From positions 224,001 through 288,000 of the forward strand of contig CAWCLO010000004.1 in assembly GCA_963796455.1 (NCBI GenBank): a stretch of DNA of 64,000 nucleotides, read 5' to 3'. How positions within the stretch are numbered: the stretch's first letter is position 1; each line of letters begins with the position of its first letter. Made by a program: the position numbers and the translations under genes. The notes under the pieces were generated by a model that was not told where the DNA came from, searched no databases, and saw only the letters and a list, made by a program, of their open reading frames with translations. Source of the stretch: Candidatus Sulfomarinibacteraceae bacterium (GTDB lineage: Bacteria; Acidobacteriota; Thermoanaerobaculia; Thermoanaerobaculales; Sulfomarinibacteraceae). This document shows positions 41,116 through 50,478 of the stretch, in pieces.

Positions 41116-41866
41116 CGGGAGGGGGGTACTCCTTTCCGTGCTTGTTCAGGTGCGGCGCCTCGCGCCAACTCGTGATGTCGATCTCGACATTCAAGAGACT
41201 GGTTCGGCCCGGTCGCACCTGGACCTGCCTGGACCACATCCCACCGCGCACGTTCCAGCCTTTGACGGTCTGCCGACCGACCGGAATGTCGCGCAGCAGG
41301 AGTTTACCGTCGTCATCCGCGACGGCATGACTGCGCGAATCGACCACCATCAGATAGGCGGCCATATGAGGGTGAATATTGCAGTAGACCTGGACCAGGC
41401 CTGGTTGCTCGAAGGAGACCGATTTCGACTTGCCTTTGCGGTAGAGGCCGAGGTCGAATGACTTCGGGGTCGACAGGCTGAAGACGTTGTGGAAGACACG
41501 GTCATAGTTCGGGAAGTCGATGGTCGAACCGGTAGAGACCACGGCCAGTCTCGGTTCGAACTGCTTGTCTTTTTGCGAGACGGCGATGTGATCGCCGGTG
41601 CCCGTGGCGCGCATATCCGGGATCCAGGAGACGGTGTCCGTACCCGGCGACCGTTGATCGCCGGTGATCATTACCATTTCGACTTGGACCGCACCGGGGG
41701 GCACCGGGGTCGGCGGCGCCGGCGGGGCAATAGGCGCCGGTGTCGGAAAATAAAAACTGGGGACCTGGGCGCCGATGACGACCGAAAAGGTCACCACGAT
41801 TCCGACCGCCATCACCGATGCGGCGGTCAAGCTTGTTGCACGATGCGGACCCGGCTTCATGATCAT
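41093..41866 (-). CDS. Secreted cupredoxin-like protein with carboxypeptidase-regulatory-like domain
   Basis: FPN.D.VFHNVFS...YCNIHPHM (His/Cys/His/Met). Confidence 0.85.
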   Translation of the reverse strand: MIMKPGPHRATSLTAASVMAVGIVVTFSVVIGAQVPSFYFPTPAPIAPPAPPTPVPPGAVQVEMVMITGDQRSPGTDTVSWIPDMRATGTGDHIAVSQKDKQFEPRLAVVSTGSTIDFPNYDRVFHNVFSLSTPKSFDLGLYRKGKSKSVSFEQPGLVQVYCNIHPHMAAYLMVVDSRSHAVADDDGKLLLRDIPVGRQTVKGWNVRGGMWSRQVQVRPGRTSLLNVEIDITSWREAPHLNKHGKEYPPPDDDDFRY

Positions 41867-41975
41867 CTCGTCCCGAGCGTTGGTTTCTATTACAGAGATT
41901 GAGTTTCGGTCCGAATAATACACGAAGATCCGCCCGATGTCTCGGGTGCCGGCTGTCCTGCATTTCTTTGCTGGC

Positions 41976-42176
41976 TTATTGCCTCGTTGCCTCTTCGTCG
42001 TCCTCGACGAGCGACCAGGGGCCGTTTTCACGAAGCAACGGGTCTGCCGCGAGGTCGTAGCTGCAGGTGGGGCATCTGGTGGATGTGGATTCATCGAAGG
42101 ACCACACCTGCCAAACTGCGAAGACACCTCCACAGATGGGGCACCTGACCTCGACCATCTCGGTTGGCGAATTCAT
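41976..42176 (-). CDS. Small zinc-ribbon protein
   Basis: CPIC...CPTC; GGGAGG RBS. Confidence 0.65.
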   Translation of the reverse strand: MNSPTEMVEVRCPICGGVFAVWQVWSFDESTSTRCPTCSYDLAADPLLRENGPWSLVEDDEEATRQ

Positions 42177-42258
42177 GTCGCCTCCCTTCGTTTCGAGCTT
42201 TTGAGTGTCTTGCTTATCAATATAGGTCGCGATCGCCCGTTTCGCCGCGGCCGGAAGC

Positions 42259-43161
42259 TTATTCGCCTGCTGCAGCGGGAGCTTGCCTCCGAAGGCGGAC
42301 TCTGAGGTCCCAGGAGTAGATCGCGAGGGCGATCCAGATCAGCGTGAAAGCGAGAGCGTGCGGTGCGGTGAAGGCCTCCCCGTAGACGAAGACCGCCAGC
42401 AGGAAGGTACAGGTGGGGGCGATGTATTGGAGGAGACCGATCGTTGAAAGAGGGAGCCGCCTGACGCCCTGGGTGAAAAAGAGCAGGGGCACGACCGTTA
42501 CGACGCCGGCAAGCATGAGCAGAATGTCGGTGGACCACCCGTGGTGGCCGAGGCTGCCGCTGCCCCGCGCGTCGATCACCATCAAGAAGGCGATGGCAAA
42601 GGGCGCCATGACCCCGGTTTCAAAGGTCAGACCGACCACCGCGTCGGCGTTCACCGTTTTTCGGAGCAGGCCGTAAAACGCAAAACTGAATGCCAGAACC
42701 AAGCTGATCCACGGCAGATGGCCGACCTGAAAGGTCAGAATCAGCACTGCCAGCGCGGCCAGCGTGACCGCAATCCATTGGGCTCGATCGAGACGTTCAC
42801 GGAGGACGATCAGACCGAGGAAAACGTTGACCAGGGGATTGATGAAGTAGCCGAGGGATGTGTCGAGGACCCGATCGGTGTTGACCGCATAAATAAAGAC
42901 CAGCCAATTGAGGGCAATGACCACGGTTGATACCAGAAGAGCGGCGACAGTCTTCGGTCTGCGAAGTACTGCCGCGAAATCCGGCCACCGTTTGCGGATG
43001 GTCATCCATGTGGCGACCACGAGAAGGCCCCAGACGACGCGGTGAGCAAGGAGGTCGGTGGCCGCCACATCCGACAGCATTTTCCAATAGATCGGGATGA
43101 GCCCCCAGAGAACAAACGCTGTGGTGGCGTAGACGACGCCGATTCTGGTCTCGCGGCTCAA
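42259..43161 (-). CDS. rarD: EamA family transporter RarD
   Basis: LWGLIPIYWK, SLGYFINPL, YGLLRK, GLLQYIAPT. Confidence 0.92.
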   Translation of the reverse strand: MSRETRIGVVYATTAFVLWGLIPIYWKMLSDVAATDLLAHRVVWGLLVVATWMTIRKRWPDFAAVLRRPKTVAALLVSTVVIALNWLVFIYAVNTDRVLDTSLGYFINPLVNVFLGLIVLRERLDRAQWIAVTLAALAVLILTFQVGHLPWISLVLAFSFAFYGLLRKTVNADAVVGLTFETGVMAPFAIAFLMVIDARGSGSLGHHGWSTDILLMLAGVVTVVPLLFFTQGVRRLPLSTIGLLQYIAPTCTFLLAVFVYGEAFTAPHALAFTLIWIALAIYSWDLRVRLRRQAPAAAGE

Positions 43162-43215
43162 GGATTGCCCCTCTTCACGATGGATGCAACAAGCTGAGAT
43201 CTCGATGTATTCGTT

Positions 43216-43413
43216 TCAGTTCGTTTCTTTGGAGCCCTTGTTTGGAAGCACGAAGGTCCCGTCAAGCCGTGAGACCAGGGACTCGAAACGCCGGTCGAGA
43301 TCATCAATGAGTTTCTGCGCCGCCGCCGCATCGATTTCTTCTCGATCGAGTCGCGCCTGGATCACCGCGCGGTGGTTTTCGTACCAACGGTCAGGGTCGA
43401 AATTGTAGGTCAT
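43216..43413 (-). CDS. Small hypothetical protein
   Basis: 65-aa ORF with GAGG RBS, codirectional with rarD. Confidence 0.6.
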   Translation of the reverse strand: MTYNFDPDRWYENHRAVIQARLDREEIDAAAAQKLIDDLDRRFESLVSRLDGTFVLPNKGSKETN

Positions 43414-43456
43414 GTGCCTCGGAGGAGAGCATACTCCTGATTCGAGGAAGATGCTC

Positions 43457-43603
43457 CGCAGAGGAGCAGTTAGGAATTAGAGAATTCAGGAATTAGGAAT
43501 ACCCGCTCCTTATCACGGAAGGGACTTCAGGTACGGTTCTCCCTCGCTCCCTTTCTCCCTTTCTCCCTTTCTCCTCTGCCCCTCTGCCCCTCTGCCCCTC
43601 TGC
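43457..43603. repeat. Repeat cassette lacking the central palindrome
   Basis: GCAGAGGAGCAG, AGGAATT-like units, CCTTATCACG...GGTACGGTTCTCCC, (TCTCCCTT)n, (CCTCTGCC)x3. Confidence 0.85.
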
Positions 43604-43770
43604 CATACGAGGAGATGTATACTCGGGCCTTCAAGTTGAGCCCCCTCCCGCAGTTGGGGCTCGGAATCGAAATAGGCATCACAATATGGATCCAGTATCC
43701 AGAATCGAGAGTCGGGAAAATCCTGGAAGGTTATCCCTGTCGTTTCGGTTCACCTGGCGGAGGTTCGACA

Positions 43771-44718
43771 ATGGCTTTTTTCAGCACGAGGTTCATCATC
43801 ACCTTTTGCGCGATTTGTGCGGTTTTGTTGCCGGTGGCAGCGAGCGCACAAACCGACGCCGACAGCAAATTCGTTCTCGAACTCGAGGCCGGTCCGGCCT
43901 GGCAGACGTCGAACGACGTCCAGATCCCCAACGATGAGACGGGTACCCGGTTTTCGCTCAAGGATCTGGTCGGTACCGGTCCATGGGCAGCGGGTCGCGT
44001 CTACTTCACCTGGAACATCAAGCAGAAGCACGGTTTGCGTGTCCTGCTGGCACCGCTTTCATACACCGAGACGGGGATCTTTGACGAAGAGGTAAATTTT
44101 GTCGGCGAGTCCTATCAGCCCGGGGTTCCGACCGACGCGACCTACCAATTCAACTCCTGGAGGCTCACGTATCGTTATCTGTTCAAGAACGGCGAGCGAT
44201 GGAAGCTCTGGGTCGGCGGTACCGTCAAGATCCGCGATGCGAAGATCAAATTGCGTCAGGGCGATACCACCAGCGAGGACACCGACGTCGGGTTCGTCCC
44301 GCTGGCTCACTTTGGCGCAGACTACCGTTTTGCCGACCGGTGGCATTTCATCGTCGATATCGATGCCCTCGCCGGTGGGCCTGGACGGGCCATCGACGTT
44401 GGGCTCAAGATCGGCTACAACTTCAACGACAGTTGGAGTCTGCGGGCCGGATACCGCACCGTGGAGGGTGGCGTCGATATCGACGACGTCTACAACTTCG
44501 CCTGGTTCAACAGCGCGGTCGTTTCGGGAGCGTATCGATTCTGGAGCAGAGGAGCAGAGGAGCAGAGGAGCAGAGGAGCAGAGGAGCAGAGGACTGCCTG
44601 CTCCTTATCACGTGGATCGCTTCCGGTGCGGTTTTCCCTTTCTCCCTTTCTCCCTTTCTCCCCTTCGGGAACGGGATCGCGCTCGGGAAAGGAGTTGTCG
44701 ATCAAGATGTCATCCTGA
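43771..44718 (+). CDS. Outer-membrane beta-barrel protein; native end probably YRF at 44541, ORF runs on into repeats
   Basis: GGAGG RBS, signal peptide, beta strands, GAYRF followed directly by the (GGAGCAGA)x6 array. Confidence 0.75.
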   Translation: MAFFSTRFIITFCAICAVLLPVAASAQTDADSKFVLELEAGPAWQTSNDVQIPNDETGTRFSLKDLVGTGPWAAGRVYFTWNIKQKHGLRVLLAPLSYTETGIFDEEVNFVGESYQPGVPTDATYQFNSWRLTYRYLFKNGERWKLWVGGTVKIRDAKIKLRQGDTTSEDTDVGFVPLAHFGADYRFADRWHFIVDIDALAGGPGRAIDVGLKIGYNFNDSWSLRAGYRTVEGGVDIDDVYNFAWFNSAVVSGAYRFWSRGAEEQRSRGAEEQRTACSLSRGSLPVRFSLSPFLPFSPSGTGSRSGKELSIKMSS

Positions 44719-44940
44719 GCGAAGCGCCTCTCGCGCGAAGTCGAAGGATCTGCGGTCCGTCTCATAGATCCTTCGACTACGCCCCTGTAGGGCTCCGCTC
44801 AGGATGACATCGGGTGGCGCCGTGCCCATGGAGGGGAAATCGGTGCAAGGTGGTTCTCCCTTTCCCCCGCGCTCCCTTTCCCCCGCGCTCCCTTTCTCCC
44901 TTTCTCCCTTTCTCCTCTGCCCCTCTGCCCCTCTCGCTCG
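44543..44940. repeat. Complete repeat cassette: (GGAGCAGA)x6, GTCATCCTGAG palindrome (44706-44811), (TCTCCCTT)n, (CCTCTGCC)n
   Basis: Same module order as 10653-11116. Confidence 0.9.
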
Positions 44941-44942
44941 GA

Positions 44943-47123
44943 TCATTCCTCAGCGAAGACCGGTTCGACCCCCATCTCCTCGAGCAGATGGTGGGCCCCG
45001 TCGATGCGGTCCATCACCCACAGCATGTAGCGGACATCGACGTGAATCGACCGCGTGACCTCGGGCAGGAAATCCCAGTCCGAGATCATGCTCTCCCAGT
45101 TGCCATCGAAAAGCAGACCCACGAGCCGGCCCTGAGCATCGATGGTGGCTGAGCCCGAGTTGCCGCCGGTGGTGTCGACATCGGACAGGAAGTTGACCGG
45201 CAACGATCCAATCTTCTCCGATGCGTAGGGACCGAAATCACCGTCTGCGATGGCGTCGAGCACCGTCTGCGGCGCGGCAAATGGGTCTTCCCCGGTGGCC
45301 TTGGCCGCCACTCCCTGGGCGGTCGTAAAGGGCCGGTAGACCACCGCATCGCGAGGCTCATAACCCTGGACATTGCCGAAGGTCACCCGCAGGGTCCCGT
45401 TGGCATCGGGATAGATCTCTTCACCCTGGGCAACCTGATAGGCGAGCAGGGCATTCATGAACCGCGGCCTCGCCTCGAGCAGCATGCCGCTGAAGGCTTC
45501 CTTCTCGGCCTCCAGAACGAGCCTTGTGGGGTACATTGCGATGGCCAGCCGAACAAAGGGGTCGTCACTGGATTCCAGTGTCTCGCGACCCGCGTCGAGC
45601 AGCGCCATGCGCTGGCCGGGATCGGTGAGTTCCGTCGCCATGTACATCTGGTGCAGAGTCGACGCGATGAGATCTGCGGAATCCGCCTCACCATCGATGC
45701 CGAACCAGTCGTCGAGCACCGGTAGGCGCTCGTCCTCGGGCAGGGCGGCGTATTCCTCGAGCGAATTCTGAAGGAGGGCCATGTCGACCTGGGCGTCGAA
45801 GCTCCGCGCCATCCGTGCGATCCGCGCCCGGATCCGACGCATGTCCCGCTTCTGATAGCCCGTCTTGCGTTCGGCGTCGGGCTTTTCCTGTTCGCGGGCC
45901 AACCGGTAGGCGGTGGCGGGTGCCGAGATCATCTGGTTGAAGTTGATGGAGCTGAGGATCTGATCGCGTTCGCGAAGATTACCCTGTTGGTCGAGCACTG
46001 CTTCGACCCCGGTCAGCGCATCGCCCCATTTCGCCTGGCGTGTGGGATCGGCGGCGATCCATTTCGCGAGTTCGGCCTCGAGGGACTTTTTCCTTGCAAC
46101 CGAATCAGAATAGGCGAAACCGGCGACCATTCCCTGGGCGTTCTTCAACGAATTGTTGAGATAGGACGAGGTGGCGGCGTAGGCAATGGCCGCATCAGGC
46201 CGACCCTCGGTTTCGCGGGCGATGATGTCGAGGCTTTCCTTACGGCTGGCGACACGCTGGGGATAAGTCCAGTTGATGGCTTCTTCGACCTCCGACGCCA
46301 GACGGTAGCGGTTGGTGCGGCCGGGGAAACCGACCACCATCACGAAGTCGCCTTCCTCGACGCCCTCCGTCCCAAGTCGCAGCCAGTGTTCGGGCTGGAA
46401 AGGCACGTTGGCGTCCGATCGGTCGGCGGGTTGGCCGTCGGGCCCGACCCACGCCCGATACATGGCGAAATCGCCGGTGTGGCGAGGCCACATCCAGTTG
46501 TCAATGTCGCCGCCGTATTTTCCGATGGAGGACGCTGGTGCATAAACCAACCGCACATCGCGGATCTCGAGCTGGTCGTAGAGGCGGTACTCCGCGCCTC
46601 CATGGAAGGTGGAGACCTTGCAGCGGTGGCCGGGTGTCTCTTCGCACCCGGCGATCAAGGTTTTTTTGATGTTCTCGATTGCCTTGAATCGGGCCGGTCC
46701 GTCGGAATCCTCGGGGATCGAGGCCAGCACCTTGGAGGTCACATTCTTGACGGCAACGGTGACGTAGATCCTCGCGCCGGGTGAGGCCGGCAATTCGTCA
46801 CCCCTGGTGGTGGCCAAAAAGCCGTTTTGGAGGAGGTTGTTGTCCTCGCTCGAATTGAACTGGATCGATCCATAGGCGCAGTGGTGGTTGGTGGCCACCA
46901 GGCCCTCGGGCGATACGAAAGATGCCGAACACCCGCCGAGCGAGATGATCGCTCCCATCGGATGGCCGGTGAGATCCGAGAAGTTCTTCGGGTCTGTATC
47001 GAGGCCCGCGGCCCTCAGTTCCTCGGCGATCTTCGGCAATTGGTCTGGCAGCCACATGCCGTCACCGGCGAAGGAAAAAGAAGCTGTCACGACGACGACG
47101 AGACATAAGACGAAACTGCGCAT
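44943..47123 (-). CDS. S46 family dipeptidyl peptidase (DPP7/DAP BII-like)
   Basis: GMWLP, CSASFVS..GL..TNHHC, DNWMWPRHTGDF, DTTGGNSGS. Confidence 0.95.
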   Translation of the reverse strand: MRSFVLCLVVVVTASFSFAGDGMWLPDQLPKIAEELRAAGLDTDPKNFSDLTGHPMGAIISLGGCSASFVSPEGLVATNHHCAYGSIQFNSSEDNNLLQNGFLATTRGDELPASPGARIYVTVAVKNVTSKVLASIPEDSDGPARFKAIENIKKTLIAGCEETPGHRCKVSTFHGGAEYRLYDQLEIRDVRLVYAPASSIGKYGGDIDNWMWPRHTGDFAMYRAWVGPDGQPADRSDANVPFQPEHWLRLGTEGVEEGDFVMVVGFPGRTNRYRLASEVEEAINWTYPQRVASRKESLDIIARETEGRPDAAIAYAATSSYLNNSLKNAQGMVAGFAYSDSVARKKSLEAELAKWIAADPTRQAKWGDALTGVEAVLDQQGNLRERDQILSSINFNQMISAPATAYRLAREQEKPDAERKTGYQKRDMRRIRARIARMARSFDAQVDMALLQNSLEEYAALPEDERLPVLDDWFGIDGEADSADLIASTLHQMYMATELTDPGQRMALLDAGRETLESSDDPFVRLAIAMYPTRLVLEAEKEAFSGMLLEARPRFMNALLAYQVAQGEEIYPDANGTLRVTFGNVQGYEPRDAVVYRPFTTAQGVAAKATGEDPFAAPQTVLDAIADGDFGPYASEKIGSLPVNFLSDVDTTGGNSGSATIDAQGRLVGLLFDGNWESMISDWDFLPEVTRSIHVDVRYMLWVMDRIDGAHHLLEEMGVEPVFAEE

Positions 47124-47457
47124 TTTGGATCCCCCCAATCCTCGACTGAATGCGCCGAAACGGCGCCGGTAAAAATCCTAGCAGACTGAATCTTCAGGAA
47201 TCTTCAGACCGTCACGAGACGAATCGGACAATTCAAACGAAAAATAGTCGTGAGGTTTCGTGGCGAGCTGAGGTCTGCCACCGGGCGTTCACATGAAGCA
47301 AAGGACACGGTTGTGTGGAGAGCCGCTGGGCGGCAGTGCCACCTGCGGGCCTCCATCTGGTTTTGACGGCCGCTCTGGTGGTCGCTAAGGTGAGGTCGAG
47401 GCGACCACGAAAAACGATCATCCGAAGCCGCTGACCCACAGGCGAGTCATCGCCGGT

Positions 47458-49386
47458 GTGCTTTCGGTCCTGGTCCTGACCGGGGCACTGGGTGTCATTC
47501 GGGCTGGTCTGTGCGACGGCTTCGTGAGGATCTCGGAAGATCGCATCCGCAACTCCTTGGTTGCCGTGTTCGGTTCATCGCACACGGTGGCGAGCCCCAT
47601 CGCACCGATCGCCTGGACGGGCGCGGGTCCCCTGGTCTTTGACGGGTTGCCGGTTGAGCGAGGGCTCAAGGTGGAGCTCAAGTTCCGTTCGGATTCCGGT
47701 CTGGTTCCGGTGCAGATCACCATCGACGGGCGGAGTGCGCACCAGCTGGAGATCGGTCCGGCATGGCGAACCCATGAATTCTGGCTGCGCGAAGATGGAG
47801 ACAGCCTCGCGGCAATCCAGCCGGAGGCGCCGGCCGTCCCGATCCATATCGCCAGGGTCAAGATCTCCAACGTCCTTCACTATTCGGAAGGCCTCTTCGA
47901 AGCATGGATCGTGCGCAAGGATCAGATCCATGCGCCCGCCGAAACCCGAGCCACGTGGTTGCCTCTTGTTCTTGGACTCGCCGCGATGGTGGCGGTGATT
48001 GTCTGGCTGTCGATCGGGTCCGGATCTTCCGTTTCCGCTGTTCGTGGATTCGGTTTGTGGGTCGGTGCAGCCGTGGTGGGTCTGGCGCTGACCCGGCTTG
48101 TGGTGGCCGCCTCCGGGTACCTCCTTATCCTGACTCCTCAAACAGCCGCCTCGGTCATGGTGGTGCCGTGGTTGGCGTCTCGTTTCTGGCCACAGATCCG
48201 TGGAGCCGTGGCGATTTCCACCCGGACCCTCCTCGACTCGCCCTTTCTGAGGCTGACGCTGGCGGTTTCGGGAGTCGTTGCGGGGTGGACGCTGATCTTG
48301 TGGACGCTCACCATGGGACCATTTGATGGCGACGCGCGAGCGGTGGCGCGATTCGGATCCCAATTTCCCGTGCCGGCGGTCCTCGAAGACGTGATGGAAT
48401 ACAGCACCTCGGGCTATGACGGGCAGTTCTATTCGGTCATTTCCACGGATCCGTTGCTTCGCGACCAGGTGACCCTCGAGTGTCTCGACAACCCGTCCTA
48501 CCGTGCGGCACGGGGATTTCTGCCGATGCTCTCGTGGCTGAGTGTGGCAGGATCCAGCGCCCACGCCCCCTACGCCTATGTGGCCTGGTGTTGGATTCTC
48601 GGTTTGGCCGGACCCTTTCTGGCGCTCGTGTGGCTTCGCGGAGCTCCATTTCAACTCTCTCTTTTTATCGCTCTGGCCATGAACGGTGGGCTTGTGGTGA
48701 GCGTGACGAGAGCCACCCCCGATGCGGCCGCAGTGACCTTGATTTTGGTCGCTTTGTTCGTGGCGAGCAGGCCTGGGGCGACGTCTGCAACTGCGTTCGC
48801 TGGAGGGTTGGCCGTCGTTGCTCGTGAGACCTCGGTGCTGGCGGTGCCTGGGATGGCTTGGCCCGCGATTGTCGAACGAAGGTGGATCCGTGCTGCGCTC
48901 ATCCTCGGAACGCCAGTCGCCGCGCTGGTCTCGTGGCGGATCTATGTCCGGTCCGCCACGGAAAGGGGGGTGGGTGAGGCGTGGAAGAACTTCGGTCCTC
49001 CGCTGGGTTGGTTGCCGTCGAAGGTGCACCGGATGGTGGCCGACGGTTGGGACCCCGGCGCCATCGAATGGACCGGTGTGGCCTGGGTGCTCCTTTGCAT
49101 CAGCTGCGCGGCGTCCTATCTGTTCTGGAGACGAGAGATCTCTCCGGTTTTGGTGTCGCTGGTGCTCTTTTCGGGCTTGGCGATGGTGCTGAACATGTTG
49201 GTCTTTGTGGAGGCCTTTGCATTCACCAGGGTGCTGATGGTCCTGCCGTACCTTGCCGCTCTGCTGGTGCCCGGTGAACAGCGCCGATGGCGCCGTGTTC
49301 TTTTGATGTCGATTGTCGGGTTGGCGGCCTGCCAGGGATGGTTGCTCCTGGAATTCGAATGGGACCATTGGCAACACGGTCTCTGA
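47458..49386 (+). CDS. Polytopic membrane protein, probable GT-C-like cell-surface glycopolymer protein
   Basis: GYDGQFY...DP...D.P.YR, ARETS; many TMs; start uncertain. Confidence 0.7.
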   Translation: MLSVLVLTGALGVIRAGLCDGFVRISEDRIRNSLVAVFGSSHTVASPIAPIAWTGAGPLVFDGLPVERGLKVELKFRSDSGLVPVQITIDGRSAHQLEIGPAWRTHEFWLREDGDSLAAIQPEAPAVPIHIARVKISNVLHYSEGLFEAWIVRKDQIHAPAETRATWLPLVLGLAAMVAVIVWLSIGSGSSVSAVRGFGLWVGAAVVGLALTRLVVAASGYLLILTPQTAASVMVVPWLASRFWPQIRGAVAISTRTLLDSPFLRLTLAVSGVVAGWTLILWTLTMGPFDGDARAVARFGSQFPVPAVLEDVMEYSTSGYDGQFYSVISTDPLLRDQVTLECLDNPSYRAARGFLPMLSWLSVAGSSAHAPYAYVAWCWILGLAGPFLALVWLRGAPFQLSLFIALAMNGGLVVSVTRATPDAAAVTLILVALFVASRPGATSATAFAGGLAVVARETSVLAVPGMAWPAIVERRWIRAALILGTPVAALVSWRIYVRSATERGVGEAWKNFGPPLGWLPSKVHRMVADGWDPGAIEWTGVAWVLLCISCAASYLFWRREISPVLVSLVLFSGLAMVLNMLVFVEAFAFTRVLMVLPYLAALLVPGEQRRWRRVLLMSIVGLAACQGWLLLEFEWDHWQHGL

Positions 49387-49420
49387 TGCAGTGTGCGCGC
49401 GCTCACTGCGCGATCGCAGG

Positions 49421-50443
49421 ATGACGATCCGGGTCCTCCTCCTTGCCGATACCCACCTCGGCTTCGATTTCCCTTCGCGACCGCGGGTCGAGAGGAGGCG
49501 CCGGGGTCCGGACTTCTTCGCCAACACCCGGCTGGCGCTCGAACCGGCGCTCCGGGGCGAGGTGGATCTGGTGGTACACGGCGGCGATCTCCTTTTTCGC
49601 AGCAAGGTCGGTGCGGGCCTCGTGGCGGCAGCCTTGGAGCCGTTGCTCGAGGTCGCGGACACCGGGATGCCGGTTTTTCTGGTTCCGGGCAACCACGAGC
49701 GGTCGGCACTTCCGTATCCGCTTTTGGCGACCCACGAACACCTTCACATTTTCGATAGGCCGCGGAGCTTCAATTTTCTCGTCGGAAAAACGACCATCTC
49801 GATTTCCGGTTTTCCATGTGAGCGCAAGGGCATTCGGGGACGATTTGCGGACCTCGTTAATCAGTCATCCGCTCTCGATTCCACGGCGGACATCCGGCTG
49901 CTCTGTCTGCATCAGACCTTCGAAGGCGCCCGAGTCAAGGGTTATACCTTTCGAGGTGGCGACGATGTCGTGCCGGGACGCGATATTCCATCGGGCTTTG
50001 CCGCGGTATTGAGCGGCCACATTCACCGGGCCCAGGTCCTCACCCACGATCTGGGAGGTCTTCCGTTGGCGGCACCGGTGGTTTATCCGGGCTCGATCGA
50101 ACGCACCAGTTTTGCCGAACGCGAAGAGACCAAGGGTTATTTCATCCTCGATCTGGATCCCGATGCCGCCACCGGCGGCCGGCTCGAGAGAACCGAATTC
50201 TCCGAGCTTCCGGCGCGGCCCATGTTCGTGATCACCATCGACGCGACCGGACTGCCTCCGGAGGCCCTTCGGCAGCAGATCTTGAACGAACTGGGTAAGA
50301 TTCCCGCGACCGGAGTTGTTCAGCTCGCGGTCGATGGCGTGTTATCGAGCGAGGCGTCGGAGGAGATTCGGGCCGCGCGACTGCGTGAACTCCACCCTCC
50401 GGAGATGACGGTGGAATTGAGATACCGACGCGAACGTCGGTGA
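49421..50443 (+). CDS. SbcD/Mre11-like metallophosphoesterase nuclease
   Basis: ADTHLG, GGDL, PGNHE, LSGHIH, YPGSIERTSFAE...KG. Confidence 0.88.
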   Translation: MTIRVLLLADTHLGFDFPSRPRVERRRRGPDFFANTRLALEPALRGEVDLVVHGGDLLFRSKVGAGLVAAALEPLLEVADTGMPVFLVPGNHERSALPYPLLATHEHLHIFDRPRSFNFLVGKTTISISGFPCERKGIRGRFADLVNQSSALDSTADIRLLCLHQTFEGARVKGYTFRGGDDVVPGRDIPSGFAAVLSGHIHRAQVLTHDLGGLPLAAPVVYPGSIERTSFAEREETKGYFILDLDPDAATGGRLERTEFSELPARPMFVITIDATGLPPEALRQQILNELGKIPATGVVQLAVDGVLSSEASEEIRAARLRELHPPEMTVELRYRRERR

Positions 50444-50478
50444 TAATCTCCATGCAATAACTGGAACCCGGGGGGGCC

